Source: Kingella oralis
Lineage (GTDB): Bacteria > Pseudomonadota > Gammaproteobacteria > Burkholderiales > Neisseriaceae
DNA length: 32,000 bases
NCBI RefSeq assembly: GCF_014054985.1
Contig: NZ_CP059569.1
Location: 336,742 to 368,741 of the forward strand
Direction of reading: 5' to 3'
Under the pieces are notes generated by a model. That model was not told the DNA's origin. It did not search any database and saw nothing but the letters and a program-made list of their open reading frames with translations. How positions within the stretch are numbered: the stretch's first letter is position 1; every line of letters begins with the position of its first letter. The translations under genes were made by a program, and so were the position numbers. Positions 23,525 through 32,000 of this stretch are shown in pieces.

Positions 23525-24322
23525 TTAAACGTGCGCGCCAATAATCCGCAGCATCTGCGCCAGCACTTTGGGGTTCGCCGCCACAATGTCGCCCGTTTCC
23601 AGCCAAGTCTGCTCGCCGTGCATATCGGTAACGATGCCGCCCGCTTCTTGCACAATCAACGCGCCTGCGGCAATGTCCCACGGTTTTAAGTTGAACTCAA
23701 AAAAGCCGTCCACGCGCCCAGCGGCGAGGGCGCATAAATCCAGCGATGCTGCGCCTTCGCGGCGTGCACCTGCGGTTTTTTCAATAAAGGCTTTTAAAAT
23801 AGCAAGATATGTATCCAGCATGGATTGCTCTACCACGGGGAAGCCTGTACCAATCAAGCATTGACTTAGCTCCACGCGGCTGGATACGCGGATACGGCGG
23901 TCGTTGAGCAATGCGCCTTGTCCGCGCGATGCGGTGTACAGGTCGTTGCGGGCGGGCGCGTAAACCAGCGCTTCTTTTAACACGCCTTTTTCCAGCAGCG
24001 CGATGCTGATGGCGTATTGCGGATGCCCGTGCAGATAGTTGGTGGTGCCATCCAGCGGGTCAATAATCCATTCAAATTCGGCGCGCTCGTTGCCCAATAC
24101 GCCCGCTTCTTCCGACAAAATGCGGTGGTGCGGATAGGCTTCCTGCAAGGTTTCGATGATGATGGCTTCGGATTGGCGGTCCACTTCGGAAACGAAATCG
24201 TTAAACGCTTTGTTGTCGACGCGGATGCTGGAAAGATTGTTGCTGGCGCGCAGCATCATGTCGCCTGCCTTGCGGGCGGCTTTGAATGCAACGTTGAGCG
24301 CGGGGTTGAGTTGTTGGGCCAT
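23525..24322 (-). CDS. suhB: inositol monophosphatase family protein
   Basis: A 265-aa ORF with IMPase motifs EEAG, WIIDPLDGTTNY and a C-terminal WDIAAG. Confidence 0.85.
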   Translation of the reverse strand: MAQQLNPALNVAFKAARKAGDMMLRASNNLSSIRVDNKAFNDFVSEVDRQSEAIIIETLQEAYPHHRILSEEAGVLGNERAEFEWIIDPLDGTTNYLHGHPQYAISIALLEKGVLKEALVYAPARNDLYTASRGQGALLNDRRIRVSSRVELSQCLIGTGFPVVEQSMLDTYLAILKAFIEKTAGARREGAASLDLCALAAGRVDGFFEFNLKPWDIAAGALIVQEAGGIVTDMHGEQTWLETGDIVAANPKVLAQMLRIIGAHV

Positions 24323-24480
24323 GGGGTTTCCTATTGAGATGATGAGGCAGCCTGAAAACGGTTTCAGGCTGCCGCATTTAGTGAAATCAGTTAAAGAGCG
24401 AAGCGCGGATTATACGGATTTTGCCGCTTTACGGCTATCGCCGCGCAGGCGTACCATTGCGCTTTTTTGGCGATTTGGCT

Positions 24481-25386
24481 ATGTCTCTATCCACCCTATC
24501 CGAACAACGCAAAGGCATCTGGCTGGCATTGGCTTGCTACGGCATTTGGGGCTTGTTCCCCCTGTTTTGGTATCCGCTCAACCATTCCGCCATGCCTGCG
24601 GAACAAATTTTGGCGCAACGCATTGTGTGGTCCAGCGTGTTTGCGTTGGCGCTGCTGCTGGCGTTTTCGCAGGGCAGGGCGTTGGTTGTCGCGTTCAGGC
24701 AGCCCAAAGTTCTGGCGATGTTTGCGCTGTCGTCGCTGCTGATTGCGGCAAACTGGCTGATTTATCTTTGGGCGATTGTGCACCATCATGTGGTGGAAGC
24801 GAGCTTGGGCTACTTTATCAACCCGCTGTTTAACGTGCTGTTGGGCTTTGTGCTGTTTAAAGAGCGGCTTAATGCGTGGCAAATCGCCGCCATCGCGCTG
24901 GCATTGGCGGGCATCGCTTGGCTGGCGGTGCCTGCGGGGCAAATCCCGTGGATTTCGCTGTTTCTGGCGTTTTCGTTCGGGTTTTACGGCGCGGTGCGCA
25001 AGCTCGCGCCCATGCCGCCGCTGGCGGGGCTCACGCTGGAAACGTTGATGCTGCTGCCGTTTGCGCTGGGCTATTTGGCATGGTGCGGCATGCAAAACAC
25101 GCTGGTGTTCGGCGAGCTGACGCCGTTGCAAAAAACCGTGCTGTTCGCATCGGGCGCCGCCACCACGCTGCCGCTGCTTGCCTTTGCCGCCGCCGCCAAG
25201 CGGATTACGCTGTCGCTGCTGGGCATTTTGCAAAATTTGTCGCCCACCGCGCAGCTGCTGCTGGGGCTGGCGTTTGGCGAGCAATTGAGCGGGGCGCGGC
25301 TGATAGGCTACGGCTTGGTGTGGCTGGGCGTGCTGGTGTTTTTGTATGGCGTTGGGTTGCAGATGAAACGGGAAAAGGCAGCCTGA
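24481..25386 (+). CDS. rarD: EamA-family transporter RarD
   Basis: From ORF 24421..25386; the start is at ATG 24481 (MSLSTLSEQRKGIWLALACYGIWGLFPLFW...). It has 10 predicted TM segments and RarD-like N-terminal conservation. The stop codon lies inside a DUS. Confidence 0.8.
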   Translation: MSLSTLSEQRKGIWLALACYGIWGLFPLFWYPLNHSAMPAEQILAQRIVWSSVFALALLLAFSQGRALVVAFRQPKVLAMFALSSLLIAANWLIYLWAIVHHHVVEASLGYFINPLFNVLLGFVLFKERLNAWQIAAIALALAGIAWLAVPAGQIPWISLFLAFSFGFYGAVRKLAPMPPLAGLTLETLMLLPFALGYLAWCGMQNTLVFGELTPLQKTVLFASGAATTLPLLAFAAAAKRITLSLLGILQNLSPTAQLLLGLAFGEQLSGARLIGYGLVWLGVLVFLYGVGLQMKREKAA

Positions 25387-25500
25387 AAACGGGGGATGCG
25401 GTTTCAGGCTGCCGTTGTATGGTTTGGGGCGTGTGCGGCTGGTTGGAACTGATGATGGCGCGTTGGCAACGAACGCCGACGTTCCCTATGGTTGTTGCAA

Positions 25501-25560
25501 AGGCAGCCTGAAAACGAGCAAATGGCGAGAAACCCGCTTCGCTCGTTTTCAGGCTGCCTT
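25501..25560. terminator. 19-bp perfect inverted repeat built on a DUS pair, downstream of the MFS gene
   Basis: AGGCAGCCTGAAAACGAGC (25501-25519) pairs with GCTCGTTTTCAGGCTGCCT (25542-25560), with a 22-nt loop. It lies 16 nt after the MFS stop on the minus strand. Confidence 0.5.
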
Positions 25561-25575
25561 GGTTCGCATCCTTGC

Positions 25576-26967
25576 CTACCGCTCAATCAAATTTTCGCCA
25601 TCCAGCCGATGCAGTCGCGCGAAAATCAAGCCCGAAAACAAGGTAAAGCCGCCAATCGCCAAAAAGGTGCAGCGAAACGCGGTTTGCACGTTGCCCGAAA
25701 CGGCGGGCAGCGATGAGAAATAATGCAGCAAAGCCGCGCTGATGGCGGTGCCGAATCCCACGGCAAGCTGTTGGTTTACCGACATCAGGCTTGTGCCGCT
25801 GGCGGCTTGGTAGGGGCGCACATCCGCCAGCGTGATGGTGTTCATGCCGGTAAACTGAATGGAGTTGCACGCGCCCAAAAGCAGCAGCAGCGGCGTGAGC
25901 AGCCAAAGCGGCGTGTGGGCGTTGGGCAGAGCCAGCAGCATAATCATCGCGCCGATGATAACGGTGTTGCTCATCAGCATTTTGCGGTAGCCAAAGCGCG
26001 TAACCAGCGGTTTTACCAGCGATTTGGCGAAAATAGACGCGGCGGCAATCGGCGCTAACGCCCAGCCCGACACGGTGGCGCTGTGCCCAAAGCCCACTTG
26101 CAGCAGCAGGGGCAGAATAAACGGCAGCGAACTCATGCCGATGCGCCCCGACAGGTTGCCCAGCAGCCCCAAGCGGTAGGTGCGGACTTTGAGCAGGTTT
26201 TTGTCGTACAACGGCGCATCGGTACGCTTGGCGTGCCACACATAGCCCGCCAGCGAGGCGATGCCCAGCAGTATCAGGCTGCCCGCCAGCCATGCTTCAT
26301 CGGCGCGTTGCAGCGTTTCCACCGCCACGCTCAGCCCCACCGCGCCCATGCCGAATAGCAGAAACCCCGCCAAATCAAACTGGCGCGGCGCGGCAACGGG
26401 CGGGAACACGGGCATGATTTTGAGCGTGAGATACGCCGCCGCCAGCCCCACGGGCAGGTTAATCAAAAAAATCCAATGCCAAGAAGCGTATTCCACCAAG
26501 TAGCCGCCCACAATCGGGCCAATAATTGGGCCGATGAGCGCGGGCATCACCACATAATTCATCATGTTAATCAACTGGGTTTTGTCGTAGGCGCGCACCA
26601 TCACCAAGCGCGGCACGGGGGTCATCATCGCGCCGCCAATGCCTTGCACCACGCGTGCGGCAACCAGCAACGGCAAGTTGGCGGCGGCGGCGCACAGGGC
26701 GGAGCCGAGCACAAAAACCAGCATCGCGCCAAAAAACACTTGGCGGATGCCGAAGCGGTCGCTCAACCAGCCGCTTAACGGCATCAGCAGCGCAAGCGTG
26801 AGCGCGTAGGAAACCACGGCGGATTGCATTTGCAGCGGCGATTCGTGCAGGTCGGCTGCCATGGTGGGCAGCGCGGTGTTGAGCACGGTGGCGTCCAGCA
26901 TGTGCATAAAGACGGCGGTGGCAAGGAGCAGGGGGAGCAGGCGGTGGGGGGCGGGTTGGGGGGTCAT
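25576..26967 (-). CDS. MFS transporter, DHA2 (EmrB/QacA, 14-TMS) type
   Basis: A 463-aa ORF, hydrophobic throughout, with the MFS motif A region LSGWLSDRFGIRQ. Confidence 0.8.
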   Translation of the reverse strand: MTPQPAPHRLLPLLLATAVFMHMLDATVLNTALPTMAADLHESPLQMQSAVVSYALTLALLMPLSGWLSDRFGIRQVFFGAMLVFVLGSALCAAAANLPLLVAARVVQGIGGAMMTPVPRLVMVRAYDKTQLINMMNYVVMPALIGPIIGPIVGGYLVEYASWHWIFLINLPVGLAAAYLTLKIMPVFPPVAAPRQFDLAGFLLFGMGAVGLSVAVETLQRADEAWLAGSLILLGIASLAGYVWHAKRTDAPLYDKNLLKVRTYRLGLLGNLSGRIGMSSLPFILPLLLQVGFGHSATVSGWALAPIAAASIFAKSLVKPLVTRFGYRKMLMSNTVIIGAMIMLLALPNAHTPLWLLTPLLLLLGACNSIQFTGMNTITLADVRPYQAASGTSLMSVNQQLAVGFGTAISAALLHYFSSLPAVSGNVQTAFRCTFLAIGGFTLFSGLIFARLHRLDGENLIER

Positions 26968-27004
26968 GGTTGGCTTTATTGGGGATTTGGGGGCGGGGCA
27001 AGTG

Positions 27005-27086
27005 AGGCAGCCTGAAAACCTAAAATGGCGGTTAAAAAAACGTTTTAGCTTCGCTGAAACTCGCTGCGTTCGTTTTCAGGCTGCCT
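27005..27086. repeat. DUS-bounded small repeat element
   Basis: AGGCAGCCTGAAAA ... CGTTTTAGCTTCGCTGAAACTCGCTGCGTTCG TTTTCAGGCTGCCT. Same family as 17167-17236 and 27304-27385. Confidence 0.7.
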
Positions 27087-27119
27087 TTGTTTATTCTATC
27101 AACAGCCGATAGATGGTGT

Positions 27120-27200
27120 GTTGGCGGCTCGCCGACATTTTCGGGAAAACGATGCGCCACTCCTAATTCTACGCGCGATGTGGTGGCGACGAGCCGTTGC
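27120..27200. repeat. second copy of the GGCTCGCCG-armed repeat
   Basis: See 22529-22599. The arms are conserved and the centre differs. Confidence 0.55.
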
Positions 27201-27303
27201 TGTTCCATTTGGCTACGCTGAACTGTGTTTTCAGGCTGCCTTTAATCTGCGCCATCGTGTTTACAAGGATGAAATCGTTTAGGCAACATTGCCAGAGTGC
27301 AAT

Positions 27304-27385
27304 AGGCAGCCTGAAAAAGCGAAAAACAGCCGCTAACAATGTTTTAGCTTCGCTGAAACGCGCTTCACTCGTTTTCAGGCTGCCT
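27304..27385. repeat. DUS-bounded small repeat element
   Basis: AGGCAGCCTGAAAAA ... TGTTTTAGCTTCGCTGAAACGCGCTTCACTCG TTTTCAGGCTGCCT. Confidence 0.7.
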
Positions 27386-27418
27386 CACAATGCGAACACT
27401 ATCCCCGCGCCATGCCAT

Positions 27419-28597
27419 TCACAAAAACAATCCAATCAAATCATTCAAAAACCGCTGCCCGAGCGGGGTAGGGCGGAAATACAGCGGGTTGCCGTCCAGC
27501 AGCCCTTTTTGTTGCGCGGTCTGGATGGCGCGGCTGATTTGGGCGGCGTTGATGCCGGTGCGCTCGGGCAGGAAAGCGCTGGGCACGCCGTCGATTAGGC
27601 GCAGGGCGTTCATCATAAATTCGCCTGCTAAATCTTGCGCGGCGATGGGCTGGCGGCGGATGGCTGCCTCAGGCTGCGTTTGCATGGCGGCAAGGTATTC
27701 GCTGGGGTGGCGGCTGCGACTGGTGCGTTCTATGTGGCTGTGGTAGCTGATTTTGCCGTGCGCGCCTGCGCCGATGCCGATGTAGTCGCCAAATTGCCAG
27801 TAGTTGAGGTTGTGGCGGGCGCGTTGGCTGGGGGCGGTGGCAAACGCGCTGGTTTCGTATTGGGCGTAGCCTGCGGCGGCGAGGGCGGCGTGCACCGCGT
27901 CTTCGATGTCTTGCGCGCTTTCGCTGTCGGGGATGCCTTGCGGCGGGGTGTGCCCGAATGGGGTGTTGGGTTCTAGCGTGAGGTGGTAGGCGCTGATGTG
28001 GGTGGTGCCGTGGGCGATGGCAGCTTGCGCATCGGCTTGGGCTTGGGCGGGGGTTTGATGCGGCAGGGCATACATTAAATCTATGTTCACGCGCTCAAAA
28101 ATCTGCACGGCGGCGGCGATGGCGGCATGTGCTTCGGCGGCGTTGTGGATGCGCCCGATGGCGGCAAGGTGGGCATCGTTAAAACTTTGCACGCCGATGG
28201 ACAGGCGGTTGATGCCTGCTTCTTTGAAGCCTTGGAATTTTTCGCGCTCAAAGGTGCCGGGGTTGGCTTCCAGTGTGATTTCGGCTTCGGGCTGGATTTT
28301 CACGCGCGCGCGGATGGCGGATAGCAGGCTGTCGATGGCTTGTGCGCTGAACACGCTGGGCGTGCCGCCGCCGATGAAGATGGTTTCTATCGGGCGACCC
28401 CAGATGTGCGGCAGCTCGGTTTCCAAGTCGGCAATCAGCGCTTGGATGTAGCTGCGCTCGTCTAGCGTGGTTTTGATTTTGTGCGAGTTGAAATCGCAAT
28501 AGGGGCATTTTTGGATGCACCACGGGATGTGGATGTAGAGCGAGAGCGGGGGCAGCGATGTGAGCGGAGTGGGTTGGAATAGGGGGGTGAGTTGCAT
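27419..28597 (-). CDS. hemW: radical SAM family heme chaperone HemW (coproporphyrinogen III oxidase-like)
   Basis: A 392-aa ORF with a CxxxCxxC cluster in LYIHIPWCIQKCPYCDFNS and a HemN_C-like C-terminus. Confidence 0.85.
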   Translation of the reverse strand: MQLTPLFQPTPLTSLPPLSLYIHIPWCIQKCPYCDFNSHKIKTTLDERSYIQALIADLETELPHIWGRPIETIFIGGGTPSVFSAQAIDSLLSAIRARVKIQPEAEITLEANPGTFEREKFQGFKEAGINRLSIGVQSFNDAHLAAIGRIHNAAEAHAAIAAAVQIFERVNIDLMYALPHQTPAQAQADAQAAIAHGTTHISAYHLTLEPNTPFGHTPPQGIPDSESAQDIEDAVHAALAAAGYAQYETSAFATAPSQRARHNLNYWQFGDYIGIGAGAHGKISYHSHIERTSRSRHPSEYLAAMQTQPEAAIRRQPIAAQDLAGEFMMNALRLIDGVPSAFLPERTGINAAQISRAIQTAQQKGLLDGNPLYFRPTPLGQRFLNDLIGLFL

Positions 28598-28669
28598 GAT
28601 GGGGTTTAAGTTTGTTTACAGGTTTTCAGGCTGCCTCTGGGTTGTTGGCACAAGGCAGCCTGAAAACGG

Positions 28670-29125
28670 TTATTTGTTGTTCATAAAAATCAGCGACAGC
28701 AACCCGCCTGCAATCAGCGGCCCAACAGGGATGCCGTTGAAAAACGTTACCCCAATCACCGTGCCCACCAGCAGGCCGATAATCAGGTTGGGCTGCGACT
28801 GCATCACGCCGATGCCGCGCCCCGCCAGCCACGCCACAAAAATGCCGGTGAGCACGGCAACCAGCAGTTTCAGGTCAAACAGTTGGGAAACAGGCGGCAA
28901 TTGCACTTTGCCCGATACCAGCGGCGCAAGAATGCCGATGGTTAAAATCAAAATGCCCAAGCTAATCAGCGGGCGGTCGGCTTGCGGCAAATAGCGCGTG
29001 AGCACGGTTTGTTGCACCACCAGTAACACGCTGGCAGAAATCCAAATTGCGCCGTTTTTGCTGAAATAGCCCAGCGCGATAAACACAATCAGCAAGATGC
29101 TAACGGGGTTGAATGTCCAGTTCAT
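28670..29125 (-). CDS. DUF441 (UPF0756) family membrane protein
   Basis: From ORF 28670..29308; the start is at ATG 29125 (MNWTFNPVSILLIVFIALGYFSKNG...). About 151 aa with 4 TM helices. The upstream extension is DUS read-through. Confidence 0.7.
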   Translation of the reverse strand: MNWTFNPVSILLIVFIALGYFSKNGAIWISASVLLVVQQTVLTRYLPQADRPLISLGILILTIGILAPLVSGKVQLPPVSQLFDLKLLVAVLTGIFVAWLAGRGIGVMQSQPNLIIGLLVGTVIGVTFFNGIPVGPLIAGGLLSLIFMNNK

Positions 29126-29231
29126 GTTTTCAGGCTGCCTGAAAGGGGAAGGGGCGATTGTAAACCGATTTGCGTGGCGGGACGCGGTTATTCGGATAAT
29201 GGTGAGGCAGCCTGAAAACCCATCAACCGCT

Positions 29232-30014
29232 TCACAACCATTCAGGCATTTCAGGCTGCCTAATGCCCCATTTTTCAGGATAGTCCACGCCCGTGAAATA
29301 CAAGCCATCCGCCATAAACGTGGGCGGCGCGGTCAAGCGGCTTTGCGCGGCAAACATTTCGGCAAACTCGCCCACCGCCAGCCGCCCGCAGCCCACATAC
29401 ACCAACGCGCCCACAATATTGCGCACCATATGATGCAAAAACGCATTGGCGTGAAAATCTATTTTGATGAAGCTAGGGCAGCCTGAAAACGCAATCGCAT
29501 ACACCGTTTTCACGGGCGATTTGGCTTGACACTCGGCGGCGCGGAAGCTGGAAAAATCGTGTTCGCCTAGCAGCAAAGCCGCCGCTTTTTGCATGGCAGC
29601 CATATCCAGCGGATAGTGCGTCCAGCCCGCCCGCCCCACCAGCAACGGTGAGCGCACAGGCGCAGATTGCAGCAGATAGCGGTAATGCCGTCCGCAGGCA
29701 TCAAAGCGCGCGTGAAAATCGGGCGCAACGGCTTGGGCGTGCAATACGGCGATGCCATCGGGCAAATGCGCGTTCACGCCGCGCACCCAAGCCGTGAGCG
29801 GGCGCGTGGCGTGGCTGTCAAAATGCACCACCTGCGCCGTGGCGTGCACGCCTGTGTCGGTGCGCCCCGCGGCGGTGATGGCGACAGGCTCGCCCGCGAT
29901 TTGCGCGAGGGCGTGTTCCAGCGCGGTTTGAATGGTGGGGATGCCAGCGGCTTGCTTTTGGAAGCCGAAAAAGGCGCTGCCGTTGTAGGATAGGGTAAGG
30001 GCGTAGCGGGTCAT
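29232..30014 (-). CDS. truA: tRNA pseudouridine(38-40) synthase
   Basis: A 260-aa [24 protein letters not shown]...[11 protein letters not shown], with the catalytic Asp motif. Confidence 0.9.
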   Translation of the reverse strand: MTRYALTLSYNGSAFFGFQKQAAGIPTIQTALEHALAQIAGEPVAITAAGRTDTGVHATAQVVHFDSHATRPLTAWVRGVNAHLPDGIAVLHAQAVAPDFHARFDACGRHYRYLLQSAPVRSPLLVGRAGWTHYPLDMAAMQKAAALLLGEHDFSSFRAAECQAKSPVKTVYAIAFSGCPSFIKIDFHANAFLHHMVRNIVGALVYVGCGRLAVGEFAEMFAAQSRLTAPPTFMADGLYFTGVDYPEKWGIRQPEMPEWL

Positions 30015-30100
30015 GGTGGGAATGGGGGTAAAAATAATTTTCAGGCTGCCTCAACGCGGTAAGGCAGCCTGAAAACAATCAAACAGCAAAGCGCAAAAGA

Positions 30101-30922
30101 TTAAACCCCGCGCAACAATTCATTCACGCTGGTTTTGGCGCGCGTTTTCGCGTCCACTTTTTTCACAATCACCGCGCAATACAAGCTATGCGAGCCATCT
30201 TTGCTGGGCAGGCTGCCTGAAACCACCACCGAGCCAGCAGGCACGCGCCCATAATGAATTTCGCCCGTTTCGCGGTCGTAAATTTTGGTGGATTGCCCGA
30301 TGAACACGCCCATGGAAATCACGCTGCCTTCTTCCACCACCACGCCTTCCACAATCTCGCTGCGCGCGCCGATAAAGCAGTTGTCCTCAATAATCGTGGG
30401 CGCAGCTTGCAACGGCTCCAACACGCCGCCAATGCCCACGCCGCCGCTCAAATGCACGTTTTTGCCGATTTGCGCGCACGAGCCCACCGTAACCCAAGTG
30501 TCCACCATCGTGCCTTCGTCCACATACGCGCCAATATTCACATAAGACGGCATCAACACCGCATTTTTCGCCACAAAGCTGCCGCGGCGCGCAATCGCCC
30601 CAGGCACGGCGCGAAAACCGGCAGCCTGAAAATCCGCCTGCGACCAGTTGGCAAACTTGGTCGGCACTTTGTCAAAATAACGGTTCACGCCATCATCCGC
30701 CAATTCGTTGTCTTGAATGCGAAACGACAGCAACACCGCCTTTTTCGCCCATTCGTTCACCAACCAATCGCCCACGCCGCGGCGTTCTGCCACGCGCAGC
30801 GAGCCGTTGTCTAGCTGGCGCATGGTTTCCAGCACCGCCTCTTTCACCTCGGGCTGCACATTGGCAGGCGTGATTTCGGCGCGGTTTTCAAAAGCGGTTT
30901 CAATAATCTGTTGCAAAGACAT
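30101..30922 (-). CDS. dapD: 2,3,4,5-tetrahydropyridine-2,6-dicarboxylate N-succinyltransferase
   Basis: From ORF 30101..30970; the start is at ATG 30922 ([19 protein letters not shown]...). It has hexapeptide-repeat left-handed beta-helix sequence and DapD-type N-terminal and C-terminal regions. Confidence 0.9.
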   Translation of the reverse strand: MSLQQIIETAFENRAEITPANVQPEVKEAVLETMRQLDNGSLRVAERRGVGDWLVNEWAKKAVLLSFRIQDNELADDGVNRYFDKVPTKFANWSQADFQAAGFRAVPGAIARRGSFVAKNAVLMPSYVNIGAYVDEGTMVDTWVTVGSCAQIGKNVHLSGGVGIGGVLEPLQAAPTIIEDNCFIGARSEIVEGVVVEEGSVISMGVFIGQSTKIYDRETGEIHYGRVPAGSVVVSGSLPSKDGSHSLYCAVIVKKVDAKTRAKTSVNELLRGV

Positions 30923-31041
30923 GGCTTTATCCTTATGAAGTTGAGCAAGAAAGCCACGATTGTAGCGCAAAAAGGTTTTTCAGGCTGCCTTAAATACATT
31001 TACAATTTATGCCAACTATTTTGCATTTAGGAAACCGCGTG

Positions 31042-31503
31042 ATGAAAAAAATCCTCTTTATCTGTTTGGGCAACATCTGCCGCTCGCCGATGGCAGAATA
31101 CCTTTTCCGCAGCATGGCGGCCGAGCGCGGCATCCCCGTGCACACCGCCAGCGCAGGCACATCAGGCTGGCACGACGGCGAAGGGATGCACTGCGGCACA
31201 GCCGACGTGTTGGACGGACTGGGCATCGCCTCGCAAGATTTTGTCAGCCGCAAAATCAAAAAAAGCGATTTGAACGACTACGATTACTTAATCGTGATGG
31301 ACGACAGCAATTTGCGCGATGCCGAAAAATTCTTCGGCAGGCAGCCTGAAAAAATCTTCAAAATCACCGACCTGTTGCCCAAAGGCAGCGGCTACGACCA
31401 CGTTCCCGACCCGTGGTACACAGGCAATTTCAACGAAACGCGCGATATTCTTACCGCCTGCTGCGATGTGCTGCTCACGCGGCTGCAACAGGGCGAAATG
31501 TAG
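31042..31503 (+). CDS. low-molecular-weight protein-tyrosine phosphatase
   Basis: From ORF 31009..31503; the start is at ATG 31042 (MKKILFICLGNICRSPMAE), giving the CX5R(S) P-loop. A DPWY-type Asp loop lies near the C-terminus. Confidence 0.85.
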   Translation: MKKILFICLGNICRSPMAEYLFRSMAAERGIPVHTASAGTSGWHDGEGMHCGTADVLDGLGIASQDFVSRKIKKSDLNDYDYLIVMDDSNLRDAEKFFGRQPEKIFKITDLLPKGSGYDHVPDPWYTGNFNETRDILTACCDVLLTRLQQGEM

Positions 31504-31778
31504 CGGCAAATGGGCGCAATCAAGCGGTTTATGGCGCAAGGCTGAACGTTATCCCGCGTAATGAAATGTAATTTTCAGGCAGCCTGAAAACGGCTTGCGC
31601 TAAAATAAAACCGCTTTTGGATAACTTTGGCGGGCGTTGTTTGCCCCCTTTTGCTGTTAAAACCTGCGTTTACAAGCACACGATGATTGCAAACGCAGGT
31701 TTTGCGATAAAGACGCAGTTCGCCGCAATGCCCGCCGTGGTTATTCAAAGCACCCCCATTTTTCCGAAAGGACGCACG

Positions 31779-32000
31779 ATGAAAAAAATCCTATTCGCCT
31801 TGCTACTGGGCACGCTCGCCACCGCCGCCAGCGCAGAATTAATGTATTACGGCGACGACAGCCCCAGAATTGAGCTTGACCGCAGCAGAATAGGCATTGA
31901 TCGCAGCGACCGCGCATACGAACGGCGCGGGCGATACGATGACGACTATCGCTACGACCGCCGCTACGACCGTTATGATCGCTACGACCGCCGTTACCGC
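31779..32000 (+). CDS. secreted R/Y/D-repeat protein, 3'-truncated by the window end
   Basis: Not in the ORF track because there is no stop within the window. The ATG at 31779 gives MKKILFALLLGTLATAASA|ELMYYGDD...RGRYDDDYRYDRRYDRYDRYDRRYR, which has a signal peptide. The DNA shows the repeated unit CGCTACGACCGC at 31950, 31962 and 31980. Confidence 0.55.
   Translation, partial: MKKILFALLLGTLATAASAELMYYGDDSPRIELDRSRIGIDRSDRAYERRGRYDDDYRYDRRYDRYDRYDRRYR

Noticed and set aside
24346-24373. A 12-bp DUS hairpin with a tetraloop that looks like a terminator.
   Set aside because: It lies between the divergently transcribed suhB (minus) and rarD (plus) starts. It cannot terminate either gene and has no T-run. 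I recorded it only as a DUS pair.

Overview
This window looks like a Neisseriaceae chromosome. It is GC-rich and saturated with the 12-mer AGGCAGCCTGAA, which I recall as the AG-kingDUS DNA-uptake-sequence dialect of Kingella denitrificans/oralis-type genomes. By manual scan there are roughly 75-80 core copies.

About 23.5 kb is ordinary host DNA:
- Left arm: DUF4336 protein, alpha/beta hydrolase, SAM methyltransferase, hotdog thioesterase, YciI, NAD(P)H oxidoreductase, WGR protein.
- Right arm: DUF5071 protein, a decayed metallophosphoesterase, YeaQ/GlsB protein, waaC, a lipoprotein, lgt, glnE, aat, suhB, rarD, an MFS pump, hemW, DUF441, truA, dapD, an LMW phosphotyrosine phosphatase, and a truncated secreted RYD-repeat protein.

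The host intergenic regions are packed with DUS hairpins and several small repeat families: GTAG-type REP hairpins, DUS-bounded 60-85 bp elements, a Correia-like MITE, and a 130/250 bp structured repeat.

The notable part is 5813-14313, an AT-rich, completely DUS-free 8.5 kb island between the divergent WGR and DUF5071 genes. It has two parts:
1. An IS110/IS1111-family element (about 5823-7147). It has a DEDD transposase and a long, GC-rich, highly structured 3' non-coding end, which I propose encodes a bridge/seek RNA.
2. A 7.2 kb filamentous (inovirus, Nf/MDA-like) prophage at 7148-14313. It carries Rep, a major coat protein, a pIII-like adsorption protein, a pVI-like protein and a Zot/pI ATPase. 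It has no secretin and no integrase.

All three junctions carry the same 8-bp core, GATACTGT. The distal end of the phage is a near-copy of the IS left end. This suggests the phage is integrated and mobilised by the IS110-type (probably RNA-guided) recombinase.

No rRNA, tRNA or CRISPR array was seen.
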